Source: Perkinsus olseni (taxonomy: Eukaryota). From it: 38,772 nucleotides of DNA. The position numbers were made by a program, and so were the translations under genes. Location: NCBI GenBank assembly GCA_013115125.1, contig JABANN010000328.1, positions 1 through 38,772 of the forward strand, in the 5' to 3' direction. Of the stretch, positions 1 through 12,579 are shown one piece after another. The notes under the pieces were generated by a model. That model was given only the letters and a program-made list of their open reading frames with translations, was not told the DNA's origin and did not search any database. Numbering within the stretch: position 1 is the first letter of the stretch; each line of letters begins with the position of its first letter.

Positions 1-2014
1 CCTGATCGGGAATTCCTACGCGACACCCTTCGGCCGGGCACACTAGCAATCTTGCATCGCCTTCTTCGATGCGCACCTGAAGATACGACAATTCTGCGCA
101 CCGCATGCATCAACCTAAGATACCAACTTACTTTGATATGGCAGGTCAAGCACTGGTCGCAAACAGGATGCTTGCACGGTAGTAACTTGTAGCACTTCGC
201 GTTATCTTCCGTGAGGTCGTCGAAGCACACTGGACATCGGGCCAGCGCCGGAGAAGGAGTATCTCAAGAAGGAAGCGTAGAAAGTGTGGTATGAAAAAAT
301 GAACAGTATCATAATGCCGCGAAGAGATGTTGGTTTCACCAGAGAGTATCCGAGCTTACTAGATATCTTCCCTTCTTCAACCGACGTGTCCGTAGTTGGC
401 GCTTCAACCGAAGATACTCCTAAGCAACAAGAAATAGAACGCCGTCCGTCCCAATACCACATTTCTCGAGAATTCTCTTTGCCCAGAGAGAATCTTTCTA
501 CCCATGCCGACCTTGCTACTCGAAAAGATACGCTAGCTAACTCACCCCATCGCGAAAGATTCTTACCCGACTGTTGACCTCCCCTCTCCTTGGCCTCATC
601 CAAAAGATACTTCGGTATCTTACTGACACCCGCATCTTGCAACGCCTTGATCGGATCCTCCTCGAACCTGGCGGGGAATTTCGTGGCGCGCGACATAAGA
701 ATTCCACCTACGCTTTCGTGGCCTCGTCGATTTCATACCGATGATACTTCAAAAGGTTGTCCGCATCTGCGCTGCTCAAGCCACAATACAAGGACAGCTG
801 TAAAACGGTAAGATACGCTCATCATGGTCAATCACGGATAGGTCGACCTCACCTCAGCCGTCAACCTCTGGACCTCCAGTATCCTATCATCATCGTTCTC
901 TTGTATAACGGCCGAGGACCCAGCACCCATCGACCAGGACCCGAGATAAGCCATCTTGCCTGAAGAGTTACGAATGGTGTGGTATCACTCCTTAGCCGCA
1001 AAGACAACGTCACCGATTTCGTATCTTCAACCTCGACCTCAAAAAATATGATACCGTATCTTAGGTTGGCCTTCGCTTACGTCGGGATTTCTGCTCCAGC
1101 TGCGAGTCCTGCTGTTGTTCTTCGAGTGTATCGGCCACTCGGTCGAACTTCCGCCGAGTTTCATCCAGGCCCGTAAGGTTCGTCCAGGACAGCAACCGTA
1201 ACTGATATAAAACCGCAGTCGCCACGAAATTGTCAACTTCTGGCAGGCGGCAAAGTCTTATTCAAAAAACAATATTAAAATCACAAAAGCACTTTCGCGT
1301 ACTTAGCGCGCTCTACCACTATTTCCAGGAAAAACGGTGACAAATTCACAGGAAAACAATACAATTTTTTATCGATACCATCCACTAGGGAAATATCGTG
1401 TAATCAAAAAATTGCATTTTTCTGTCTCCCGGGAAATTTCCGAATACGCGCGGCGCGTCGACGAGATTTCAGCCGTGTAAAGCTGCAGATTTTTTCGAGG
1501 AAAACTAAAAAAATTTCGCAGATAAATTCAGCGAAGGCTGCCGAACCAGTCCAATTGGAAATAATTGATTTATCCTAAAACCTACACAGCTGAGATTGGG
1601 CATCTCCACCGCTAGGTCCACAGGCGTCTTGCCATCTATGTTCCGCCATCTCTGACCTCGACCGTCCGGCAACCGTTTCAACAACGCACGGAGGGTCTCC
1701 GGAAGCGCACAGCTACAGCAGAGGTGAAGGGGAGTGTTCAGCGATGAATCCACGACCTGAAGAGGGGTGAGAAGGAAACTCGACGGGGTAGGAAGCGGCA
1801 GGCCTTACCAGAAGATCCTCGTCATCTAGGAAGCCAGTGGCGAGTAAATAGAGTAAAACACCCGCCTTCTGGGAATCGAACCCGGGACTTCCGCATAGAC
1901 AGTGAATTGGCAGAGAGAACTTCTCACCTCTGCAAACGACAATCGGATATTCAACGAACCATCTCGAAAAAAATCCATCCTCTTCTGCGCAAAAGCCTAC
2001 CGTAGGTGAGCGCA
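1..2014 (-). CDS. Ankyrin-repeat + RING protein, probable RBR (ANKIB1/Ariadne-like) E3 ubiquitin ligase; multi-exon, 3' end beyond window
   Basis: Exons read NTPLHLCCSCALPETLRALL...NIDGKTPVDLA (ankyrin, ~1590-1740). Further down, CPVCFDDLTEDNAKCYKLLPCKHPVCDQCLTCHIK (~130-240) splices via GT-AG to VRIEEGDARLLVCPAEGC (1-77), a RING1-like pattern of RBR ligases. Start codon tentative. Confidence 0.75.
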
Positions 2015-2599
2015 TCGGTGCTGAGTCCCAATAGACTACCAACAGTGAGCTAGAAACTCGAAAAAACAATTCGACTAAGTAGTACGGCAGGTCAACGTGG
2101 AGGAAATTTTTCTCAGGAAACCCCGGAATTTTTTTTGTCCCTCGAGCATTCTGTTATTGGGGTATTCTGCTTGCTTCCTTCGTCCACGATCGGGAGTCCA
2201 ACTGAGCCGGTACGACCGGCGTCGGACTATCAACTCACCAGCAAGACTCAACTCATGAGTCAACGGCGGGAAAATCTCGGGATTTTCTACACGTCGTCCC
2301 ATCGAGCAACTTATCATTCTAGTATTCCGTTTGCTTTCTAAGCCCACAATGACTCAGAGTTACACTTTCCGCTAGTATCATCGTCAAGTTGCGAAGAACG
2401 AGACCGTCCAATACCAAAATTACATCAATTCATACATTATCATTTCACAACCTGGTTCACCTGCGTATCATTTTCCAATATACTTGTCATTCTGCCGTTC
2501 CACTTGACAATATAAAAATACCATTTCTAATTCGAGTCACTTTGCGAATGAGTGTACCAATTCATAGTATCATACTTCTGTGCTACTACTATCACCAGC

Positions 2600-5500
2600 A
2601 GAAAAAAATCGAACCGGTGTTGAGCGTCCGACGAAGCCCCCCTTCCCTTACCCCAGAAGGTCCTGTTCGTCATAGACAAAGTTCTTGGCGTTAACTCCAA
2701 CGCTCAACCAGCGCTCATTATTTTTCTTAGCCCAGGGAGTAAATACTTTATACCACTTCGCGGGTTTGGCGAAAACTCGAGGTCGAACCTGAAAGATACG
2801 CCCGAATATCTTTCAACCTCGTGCTTGTCACTGTTCAACCTCAAGATTCCCCATCCTACCCTACCTCTACGCAAGCTTGCACTTCCTCCAAGTCGCCTCT
2901 CTCAAGTGCATGCTTTAACCGTAGCTGCAAATCGTAGCGGACAGCATCTTCGCTCACCGACGTATGATGCCAAGGTAAATGCGGCGTGAGAAATCTCAAA
3001 GTCATTATTACTGGAGTGACTACAAAAATTAAACTGACCGACGGCCCCTGGCGAGCAAAACCATACAGAGAGTTACCCGGGTATATCAGTGATATAGCGG
3101 AAATTTGGTATGAGATATACGCCCGAATGGCAACTGGTAGTCAGTACCTTCATTTAGAGGAGATGATAATAGCATACCCCAACCTCGCATTACCATAATT
3201 ACTCGGGAGATGATGCTCTGCATCATTATAATCATCACCTTCCTCGAGAGGGGAAGAACTTACCACAGTATTATCGGTAATAGCAACTCATGGCTCATCG
3301 CGACAATTTCCGCTATAGAAAAAGCAGCACCGCTCCGCTTGGTGTAGAGAACACAACAGACTTGAAGAAGGACAGCTCGTTATCATGACCCAGAGGGTAC
3401 TGCAAGAATGGCAGGAACTTGGTAAGGGGCTGTGAGCTTCTCAACAAGATAGAGTTGTGGACCCAATCCAGCGGTCTCGATTGCTCTGAGAAGACGATAG
3501 GGGATGCCGAGCGCAGTAGTAGGCGAAACCTTCTTTCCGAATCGACAAGGGCGGCAACGGAGCTTCTGCCAGTGTCGAAATCACGACGTATAAAAAGAAA
3601 ACTCGGAACTCAAGCGGTTTTTGCCCGATCAAAACACTCATTATCACAGCCCGCGTATTCCCTACGACCCAACAGCACTGCCTCCGACCTAACCCGCAGC
3701 GACTCACCCAAGCACGTCTCCGCACCGATCGTCCCCACTCCAGTGTCTGCTTTCACCAACTGCCATTAATATCCTCCGCTCTGACGGTGTAGTCAAAATA
3801 GATGTCTAAGAAAAATACCGTCACCGCGGATCGAACCAGGGTCGTACCTCAGACGGTAAAAGCCCCAACCTCTCGAGCAAACTATCCGTCAAATTCCCAA
3901 CAGTCTCATCTTCGTCACACTCAACACTATATTTTGTCCATCCACTCCTCGCTTGTATCGCAACCAGCAGCGTTACCGTCCTGAGTCGACCCAAGCCAAT
4001 CACCCGATGCCTTCCATCAAGGACAACCCACCGTCCGCTTTTCGACAGGTTGACCTCAACGGCCTCCACAGCAGAAGTCCCTGCCGCGTCAGAATCGTCT
4101 TCATTCTTCCCACGGCCTCCTTCGGACGCATCAGCTGCCCCCCGACCCATCAGTCTCTCCAGTAGCTTCTTCCTGCCATCCACGAACAAAAAATACAGAA
4201 AACCGACAGGTACCGGGATTGAACCCGATATCTTCCGATTCTCACCTCTCCCTGACTCTAGCTCGATAATCCCTCTCAACTTTCTCCCAGTATCTTATTC
4301 CACTCCTTAGGTGATGCCTCTGCCACTTCTGCACATCCTCCAGACACTTGTTGCCATCCTTGCCTGATCGACACAAACTCGGGACGGCCTTCCACCCAAA
4401 GAACGGCACAGCTATAACACAGCGAGAGGGTCGCTGAATGAGTCGAGGACTGGGTATGGCGGAAATTAGGGTGAAAATTGTGGTACTCGTCGGGTTCGAC
4501 CAAGGGAGCTAAGCCACTTATAAAACTACATTTATCGGCATAACACCCTATAGGTGATGGGCTTCAGCCCATCACCCCATCACTGTCTGAGGCCAAGTGC
4601 GAGTTACTACCAAATGCACACGATAAATCGCACAAATCACTGATAGAAGAAGCAACAGAATTTTTCCTAATTTCAATTTCTGAGCAGCTCCGCTTCTCCC
4701 ACAGCCGTTAACAAGATGCAAATGACAGAAAAAAGCAGATCAACAAACCCTCTCACTTTTCCCATCGGGCCGCCGCCAAAAAGATTTCGCCTCGGCATCA
4801 CCAGCGATGAAGTCCGGCATCGAGAAATCGTAGGTTCTATCAGGCGCAATGGCCAACTCGGCAAACCTCAGGCCTTTCAATTCGTCTTTAGAACCTATAT
4901 CCAGAGGTCCCGGGTTCAATCCACACACTCAGCATTTTTACTGATAGGTTCCTTGGCCATCTCCCTGTCAAAGTAGTCCAACGCAAACGGCTGCGTGCTC
5001 CACGGCGGCCGTGCTGTCTTGTCTAAAACCCAAACGTCTCCTCCGAGCCACCACGACCAGCAATCCTACTCGACCGTTTCTGGCGATCGCCATTTGGCCG
5101 ACTATCATCACGTCCCGCGATGGGCTCATCCAGTCTCCCGATGTCAGTATCAAAATAACCACCATCGTTGCCTTTGGCGGAGTAGGCGAATTCTGAGGGG
5201 AAAATCTCTGATCATAATTTTTATTACTGTGGACCGCAAACCCCGTAACCACTTCGGATCAACAACATCATGAAATAATCACTCACACAGATGGGAAAAA
5301 TGGAGAAAGTTATTATGTTTTTTCAGCTTTTCCGTTGAAAAAGAATTTTTGCAACAGAAAAATTTTTTTCTCGAAAAAAACATTTTCTCCTTAACCAGGA
5401 TTTTCAAAGGAATAAAATTAATATTTTTCGGCCGACCATCCAGGCCAGCCCTCTTACCCTTTATGAACGGTTTTGATCGTCGACGTTCGTGTGGTGGAGG

Positions 5501-6046
5501 GACTCCCTTGGCACCGTATATCCCCATCCGCGATGGATTCTTCATGAAGTTGCCTGATGGCTCGGAGTTCACCTATCCAAAGATACTCCCTTCCAAGTGA
5601 TGGTCTTCAACCTACCAGCGCATCCGTGCCGATTCTGAAACCAGGGGCGTCCGCGTACGTCCACGGTGGGCGATTCTTCTGAAAATCCGACCGATTCTGT
5701 CAAGCGCACGGTGCAACCTCGGATACCCAGCAAACAAATCTCAAGGCAGGGAGCCGGATACTCCTCCTCGCCACCATCCAGTAGCCTCGTGGAAATAACG
5801 ACATCCAAAGCCTACCGGTTTTCCACAGCGCCTACCCGATCAATCGCTCTCTTCCTCAAAACCTCCGCCTTCAACTCAGCATAAGCCTTCCTTTTCGACT
5901 CCACCAGGGCCGCGCGTCCCCGCTGTAAGGCTACAGAATAATGACGAATATCTTGCACGGGAATCTACTCGAAAGCGACCACCTTCGTGATCTTCATGGA
6001 TCAACCTTCGATACTCTTCTAACGATGGAGATGGCATAGCGGACAT
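2600..6046 (-). CDS. Large multi-exon hypothetical protein (possibly more than one gene)
   Basis: Open exons bounded by GT/AG, e.g. MSAMPSPSLEEYRRLIHEDHE, RGRAALVESKRKAYAELKAEVLRKRAIDRV, LKGLRFAELAIAPDRTYDFSMPDF, VRPRVFAKPAKWYKVFTPWAKKNNERWLSVG. No family recognised. Confidence 0.45.
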
Positions 6047-6280
6047 AGAAAATCAACTGGGAGCGATCGAACTTGAAAGGGATACTAAGCAGCGCCGCTG
6101 CGGTCCACAGTAGTGAAACGAAGACGTATCCAAAGGTTGATCATGGGCTCATACAGATAAAAAGATACCAACACGACACCAGCTTACTAAAAAGATACGA
6201 AGACTTCCACCATCAGGATTGAACCAAAAGCGCCACAGTGAATTTCCATTAATAATGAATCGTTAAATAGTATTATAAAA

Positions 6281-7005
6281 TCATACAAGGGACCATCCCC
6301 CCACCAACGCCCCTGCCAGATGAGAAGCATCATCATCATCATCACCAGCTGGGGTACCCTTCCCCTCTGGCTTGGCCTTCCCCTCAGCCACCTCCTCATC
6401 ATCATCGGAGCTGTCCACCGAAGCCGCCAGAGCCGCAACCGACGTCTTCAGGTAGCCCAACGACGAAGACGCGAAGCCCCAGGCAGACGACGAAGAGGGC
6501 GCTTCTTCTACCGTACCGCTCTCTTCCCTACTCTCGTCACTCGAATCGTCTTCAACAGCCTGGGCAATCTCAGTCGCTGTTGCCTTTACACTTTCATATC
6601 CCCTCCGGAGCAGCCCTCCCACAGTCCCTACAGTTTCCCTGTTCTCTTCAGCTTCGCTAGTATCATCACTAACATCATCCTCCACGGCCTGCGCCAGCTC
6701 ATCAACACTCGCCTTCAGATTCTGCAGGCCCTTATAAAACACCCCCGACAATCCCGAGCTTGACTCCTCATCAACAACAGCAGTGGAATCCGTTTCTTCC
6801 GGCAAAGTACCAGGCCCTTCCGACCGCGCCGACTCCTCTTTCGGCTGTCCATCTTCACTGTCGTCCCCTTCCTGAAACCACTCGAGTGCATCCCCAAATG
6901 AGCCCTACCACCACCCACCATGACAGCCTCCTTGATAGTCTCCCAAAGGCCCAGATCCGACTGGCTCTCCTCCGCAGAATCACCCCCCTTCCCCGATACA
7001 CCTGT
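6281..7005 (-). CDS. Acidic protein with repeated amphipathic helix units
   Basis: ORF 6281-6805 extends upstream in frame (ALEWFQEGDDSEDGQPKEE), with another exon near 6920-7005 (DLGLWETIKEAVM). Repeats: GLQNLKASVDELAQAVEDD, GYESVKATATEIAQAVEDD, GYLKTSVAALAASVDSS. Start not located. Confidence 0.6.
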
Positions 7006-7455
7006 CGAGCTTCAATCAACGATATTACAGTCTCACCCGTGACACGCGAAGTGCCGTTTTTCTCCAAGCGAATTTCACTCAGTAAAAATCCCGATGTGTT
7101 TGCATTTGAAATGCTCTCTTTCATACGATGGAGCTACCAAAAGGCTACCACCACCACCACCACCATAGTCTGGTAATATAAGGAGCGTGCACTTTTCTTA
7201 CGCTAATCCGAAAAACGAAGGTTTTTCCGTTCACAGAGACCGTTTGGATTTGCAAGTTGGGTGGCATATACATTTTGAAGCGCGGAATTTTATTGGAGTT
7301 CCACCCAAAATACGTGAAGTGACTAGTGATATCAATGAGATTAGTTCATTCCACGTACTATTATATTTTACCTAGTGTTTCTCATATCGCACGTGAAACT
7401 CCATTGACATCGACCGTTTCAATAAACCATTTCAATCGACCTTAATAGTAACAGA

Positions 7456-8277
7456 TTACGCTAAGAATCCATCAGAATTGCACTCGGGAAGATATTGCTC
7501 ATAATTCATACCATACCTTCCCTTATTACTAAGAGAACTCAGAGGAGCGGCTGTCGCCTCGGTAGTCTCCTCAGCGACGACCGAGCCTCTTTGAACCGCG
7601 TCGAGCTCTGGCGCCGACAAACCGGCAACCCGGAGTTGTTCAGTCCCTCTCATAAATCTCTCATCACAACGGATCTGAAGCTGCTGCCATCCACCAAGCA
7701 TCACGACCCGCTAAACTTACCCGATCCACTGCTATACCGTGGTCGGTAAGGCATGCCAAGGCGGTGACGATGGCGACAGACGGCGACGGCCCTGTGGAGA
7801 GCTTCTCCAACAAGGCCTCTACTATCGTCCTCGAGCTTCCCGTTTCATCTTCCTTATTTATATGACACGATGTTATCAATCGCTCAGTGAGCATCCGTGC
7901 TGAAGGGAAGGAGCCAGGTGGTATCTCTGGCGTCAAGGATTTACACAACTTAATAATAACCATGCCACACAACTCAAATTACGCATCTATAATTAGTATT
8001 CATACATCACACTGGAGACCGCACTATGCCACCTGCCTCATAGTCGGTGCTCTCGCGTATCTTGCAAGCTTCAACCATGGATACGCCATAGAATCCCTAT
8101 TCTCACCGCGGAAACACAAAGCTAACACGGTATCTCACCCTTTGACGGATCTTCGCTCCTTGCGATCTCCTCTATTCGACCTTGGATACCATCAGCAACT
8201 TCTGCCTCTGCTGTTGTCTCAGAAGACATTACACTCATCACTACCACACTTTCTCCTCTCAATCCCGACACCGCCAT
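7456..8277 (-). CDS. Multi-exon hypothetical protein
   Basis: ATG at 8277 (MAVSGLRGESVVVMS...), GT-AG introns, exons matching ORFs 7664-7972 and 7456-7704, stop at 7456. Confidence 0.5.
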
Positions 8278-8365
8278 CTTGCCAACACCAGTCTGCTCAC
8301 TCAGAGAAGGATAGAAACATCAGAATCGTATCTTCACGCTTGTGTGAAACGGCGAATCTTTGCCG

Positions 8366-11300
8366 CTACTGCTGTTGTTGTTGGTGCTCCGGGTTCTCCT
8401 CCTCGTCATTTCCATCGTCATCTTCTGGAACTTCCACGGTGAATCGGTCCTCCTCTTGCGTATTATAACTACCACAATTCCCACACTTCATGCCCATGAT
8501 ATGAAAGGGCACCTTCGGCGTTATTGACCTAAAAGTGCATCATGCCGGGGTCGAACCAGGGACCTTTCCCATGAGACTTACTCGCAGTCATTGCAGTGTA
8601 GCCTAACGAATGTTGTTCGATATTCTTTCGGCATTCTAACTCGAGCAACCTCCTCGTCAATTACCCGCCATATACCCGACATATCTTCCTGCGTCGACTT
8701 GTTGCACAGAGGACACCTGCATGCACACTTATCATACCACAACTTCCCCAAATCGTCGACCTTACCGCATCGCCTGAACGATAGTCGGGGCATTCCTCTG
8801 CAACTCTCTCAGGCAAGTCGAATGAATACCATGGCCGCACCGGAGTACCACCGCCTAAATCACCGTCGCACTTCATACCACATCCCACCCGCTTCGAAGG
8901 ATGTACACCCAACAAAGGAGCGTGTACAAGAGTCCTGTGGCAGGACTCCTGCTACGGGAACACCGACGATGAGGCCCGTACTGATCAGCGAAGTCCATTC
9001 TAGTAAGCACGAAGGTTCGAAGAAAACACAAGGCAAGAGAGTCGATACACGAGGGTCTGGGGCATGAGAGATGCTCATCAAGCAGGCCTCCAGGCAAGAT
9101 TCATGAAATTCCATGACCATACATGATAGTTGACGCTCAATTGGCTCAGAGCAACCCAAGCTGTTCCTTACACCTTGTCCGGTACCGCCTCGTCCAAGTC
9201 CAACACCGAACGCTCACGCTATTTTACACAAGCAATCTCATGCTGATCGACTGATTGATGCTACTCCCCCCAGCCGCAGAAAGCGATCCGCGGAGTCGTC
9301 ACCTGGGTTTGTCCAGAGGAAGTAGAGCAGCTTCCGAGTTTCGACGCACTTGGACCTGATGTACTGTCTGGCACCACTGGTGGCGCGCTCATTGATGGCC
9401 GGATTGTCTGCTATGCAGTCAAGAGCTGAGATCATGCGGAATGGCACAATCATTTCTAGGTTCGTGGTTGTCGAGTGGTGGTTTGACTTGAAATAGGAGA
9501 CTAAACCAGTGATGATCCGTCAGAAACCTTGAACGTACTTCGTGACACCGCAGTCCCGCAGGTTGTTGCACAGCATTGCACCCGCGATACCATGATAAAG
9601 TTCGCATCGGCCGCCTTCCCAGGAGTGCTATTGGACAACAGATAGCCCTCCGCGCCTAGATGGCTTTTCGGAAGTAGGAGGCTCTGTCACTGACGACTTC
9701 CCTGAGGGAGCCAACATGAACATGAGTTTGCCGTGGAACTTCTAAAACGGATCTCGTCCTCTCGTCGGAGATCTGTAGCCAGATGACAACACGGGTAAAA
9801 CGGTACTGACATCTCGTGAGTCTCCCTAACGCCACAAACTCGGCAATGCAGACCTCGCGATCACGCTTCTGTTCTCGTTGGTCACTCGAGCGAGCCGAAG
9901 ATCGCGGACCCAGGTTACCTGGGCCAGCCTGGCCCAGCCAGGTACCCCTCCTAAAAGCTCCTGGATGTAGCTAGGCGACAAAATGGGCTGCAAGGAACTT
10001 CGTCATATCACGAACGGACTCAAGCATGGCTTTCTCCCTTGGGAGGTGTACGGCAGGCCGGGTACACTGTACCCCGGATTCTCGCCAACAGCGAGGCTTG
10101 GTTGGCAGTATCAAAAAAGACTATCATTCACACACGCGTCCTATCGAACACAATTGGCCATCGCAGCCCCAACGGTGGAGTTCCCAAACCACATGAGTCG
10201 AATCTTCGTGAGCAAAACGAGCAAGTTCAGACGAGGTGACCTTGCACTTACGGGTATTGTCGACTCAAAGAGACTTGCTTGGCACACCGGGCAGACGTTC
10301 TTCATGGTCTCAGCGGAAAGGCAATGGTGATTCTCGAAGACTTCAGGAGGGTAACAGGCAGCACATCTAACAATAACAAAAACAACGTCACGAAATAGCG
10401 CTTCGGCAAGGAGAAAAATGACATCCGCAAACTCCCTGGCAGCTGAGGAGCTCAGAAAGAAAGCCTTCGGTAAGCTCAAAAAGGTATTGCTCCTGTTTTA
10501 AGCTCAATCAGCATACTATACGTCTCGTATCGTCGCAATTGTACAGCCAGCAATTTTCCATTCCTAGGAATTTTTGGAACCGAGAAATCCGTGATGAAGG
10601 AGGAAAACGAAAGAGCTCATTAAAACCTACCCATAACAGTGTTTGTAATTCTCTCGACCACCCACTCGGCAAATACCACAACCATCGCAATGGAAGGCAC
10701 CTACGAAAAACGGCAAAAAATTACCGCTCATCATCATCAGCGCCAACACAACCTCACCTTTCTCAACTCCTTTATCATCCCAAAATTTGCACTTATCGCA
10801 GTAATATTCAGCAAACCGAATACCACACTTTTCGCAAATCGCCGCCGGCTTCTGCCGATGAAAGCAACTCTCGCACTCTATTTCCTCAATCTTCGTCCGA
10901 TCCAATTCGTGAGCCTTCTTATAATCCCGTTCATTCGCCATTCTGAAATCGCCAAAAAAATCTTCACGCCAAAACCGACGGTCAACCGTGCTCACTTGGC
11001 TTCGTTGTGGCAGTGCCGACACCAGAACCATTCTCCACAGCAGGGCGCCAGAATTTTACACCGTCGCTTGTAGTGCTCACAACCCTCATGCTCTCCTGCG
11101 GGTTGGTTCACAGCCAAATTGTCACTCTTCGATGGCTCATCTGATCACAAATCGATCAACAGGGCGCGCGCTCTTCATCACTCACCTTCTCCATCGTTAG
11201 ACTCGGCATCGCTGAATCCGCTGTCAGCATCATCTTCGTCAACTTCGTACCACTGAGAAGAAAATTTTACTTTTTCTATGAAATTTCACATCAGCATGAA

Positions 11301-11422
11301 ACGGCTACATCATCTTCATTATCAGCGGGCTCCTCCACACCCTCTTGCCTCGGCACCTCCTCTTGCCCATCTTGCTCATCTTGCACTTCCTCAACGTTCT
11401 CTGTATGATTCTCCTCAGTCAT
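8366..11422 (-). CDS. RCHY1: CHY zinc finger + RING-H2 + zinc ribbon E3 ubiquitin ligase (Pirh2/RCHY1-like)
   Basis: Acidic N-terminus, then [55 protein letters not shown] and [20 protein letters not shown]. The RING reads [29 protein letters not shown]...CPLCNKS and the ribbon CNDCE...[16 protein letters not shown]. Stop TAG at 8366. Confidence 0.92.
9238..9610 (-). mobile_element. Possible decayed copia-type RNase H fragment inside the long RCHY1 intron
   Basis: [10 protein letters not shown]...LR and [10 protein letters not shown]...YIR...LW...AD loosely follow the copia RNase H pattern (AE-Y/L, SAL..NP, IR, AD). Located within a 1.4 kb intron. Confidence 0.25.
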
Positions 11423-11702
11423 CGTGCGGAACTTTGCTACGGTAAGGTAAACTACTGTTGCTACTGCTAATACCACTACCGATTCACGAATCGGCGGTAG
11501 TCGGGGCAATTTACGGAAATACAGCCGAAAGTTTCGGCACGGAAAAATAAACCAACTGAATGACAACAGTTGCCTTGAACGTAATTATACTTATTCATGA
11601 GGCGTATCTTAGGTCGACCATAGCACTAGACCGGAATGCAAGATACCCTGACCCTCAACTCTACTGCGCATAATAATCAACAGGCAATTATCATGATCAT
11701 AA

Positions 11703-12356
11703 TCATGGAGTCTTCCAAATAGTGACTCCCATCTGGCCGATATAAAAATAACAGTAGCACTGCTTTTCATGTGTAACATATGTTGCAAAATGATGACCTG
11801 AAAAAATCAGAATTTTCAAACTTTCACGCTAAATTCCCCGTGAGCATGCTCGGTAACAATTATGAATAAAACAGAGCTACAAGATTCCGAATTTTTAGTA
11901 AAAATTTACCGCAAATTAACGGTGTTAAAAAACTGACGAATCGCCAATGTCGTAAAAAAATTATTACCATCGCCAGGGACGATGGAAAAAAATTTTACCA
12001 TTGTCAGCACCGAAAAAAGCGACGATTTTTTCCGCTAAAATTCCACCCGCCTTCCGTTTTCTCACCAACAATAACGTGCCAAGTGCCATGGCCGCCTCCT
12101 TCCCCATAAGCCGTTTCCATCTCGGTCTTCAAAAAGTGCGCTATCTCCGACTCATTCATGAAATTCTCCTGCAGAAAAAATCGTAAATTTCTCATAAAAA
12201 TAAAATTCCCACCTGAGCGTAAGCGGCCTTGGAAATAGCGAATTCGAGCATTGCTGGGTCCATTTCCTGCAGCTTCACCACCGGCCTTGCCACAGCGGCA
12301 GAGCCACCATTGGTAGCAGCCGCAGCAGCAGGATGATTGGCGTTGGGAATCGTCAT
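11703..12356 (-). CDS. Dynein light chain type 1 (LC8-like) family protein
   Basis: Three exons: MTIPNANHP...VVKLQEMDPAMLEFAISKAAYAQ | ENFMNESEIAHFLKTEMETAYGEGGGHGTWHVIVG | HHFATYVTHEKQCYCYFYIGQMGVTIWKTP*. The WHxIVG..F..YVTHE motif is typical of this family. Confidence 0.9.
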
Positions 12357-12579
12357 GAATATTATCACCACTACAGTGCTCCAAATAAATTTGAAATTTA
12401 GCCGAAAAAGTTAATTTCGCCTCCACTACTGAGATTTTGAACTCAACCTGAGCCCCCTTACAAAATAATAAAACACGCAATATTTCTCTGATCTCTCCGG
12501 TACTACTGCGACACAGGTCGTGAGATTTCGTGTGTAAGGATATCACTTATGAAGAAACAAGAAATATATCAGAGCCAAG

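Noticed and set aside
1871-1896. tRNA 3'-half-like sequence (gtcccgggttcgattccc on minus)
   Set aside because: Lies inside the ankyrin-region exon (CGSPGFDSQ) and forms no cloverleaf.
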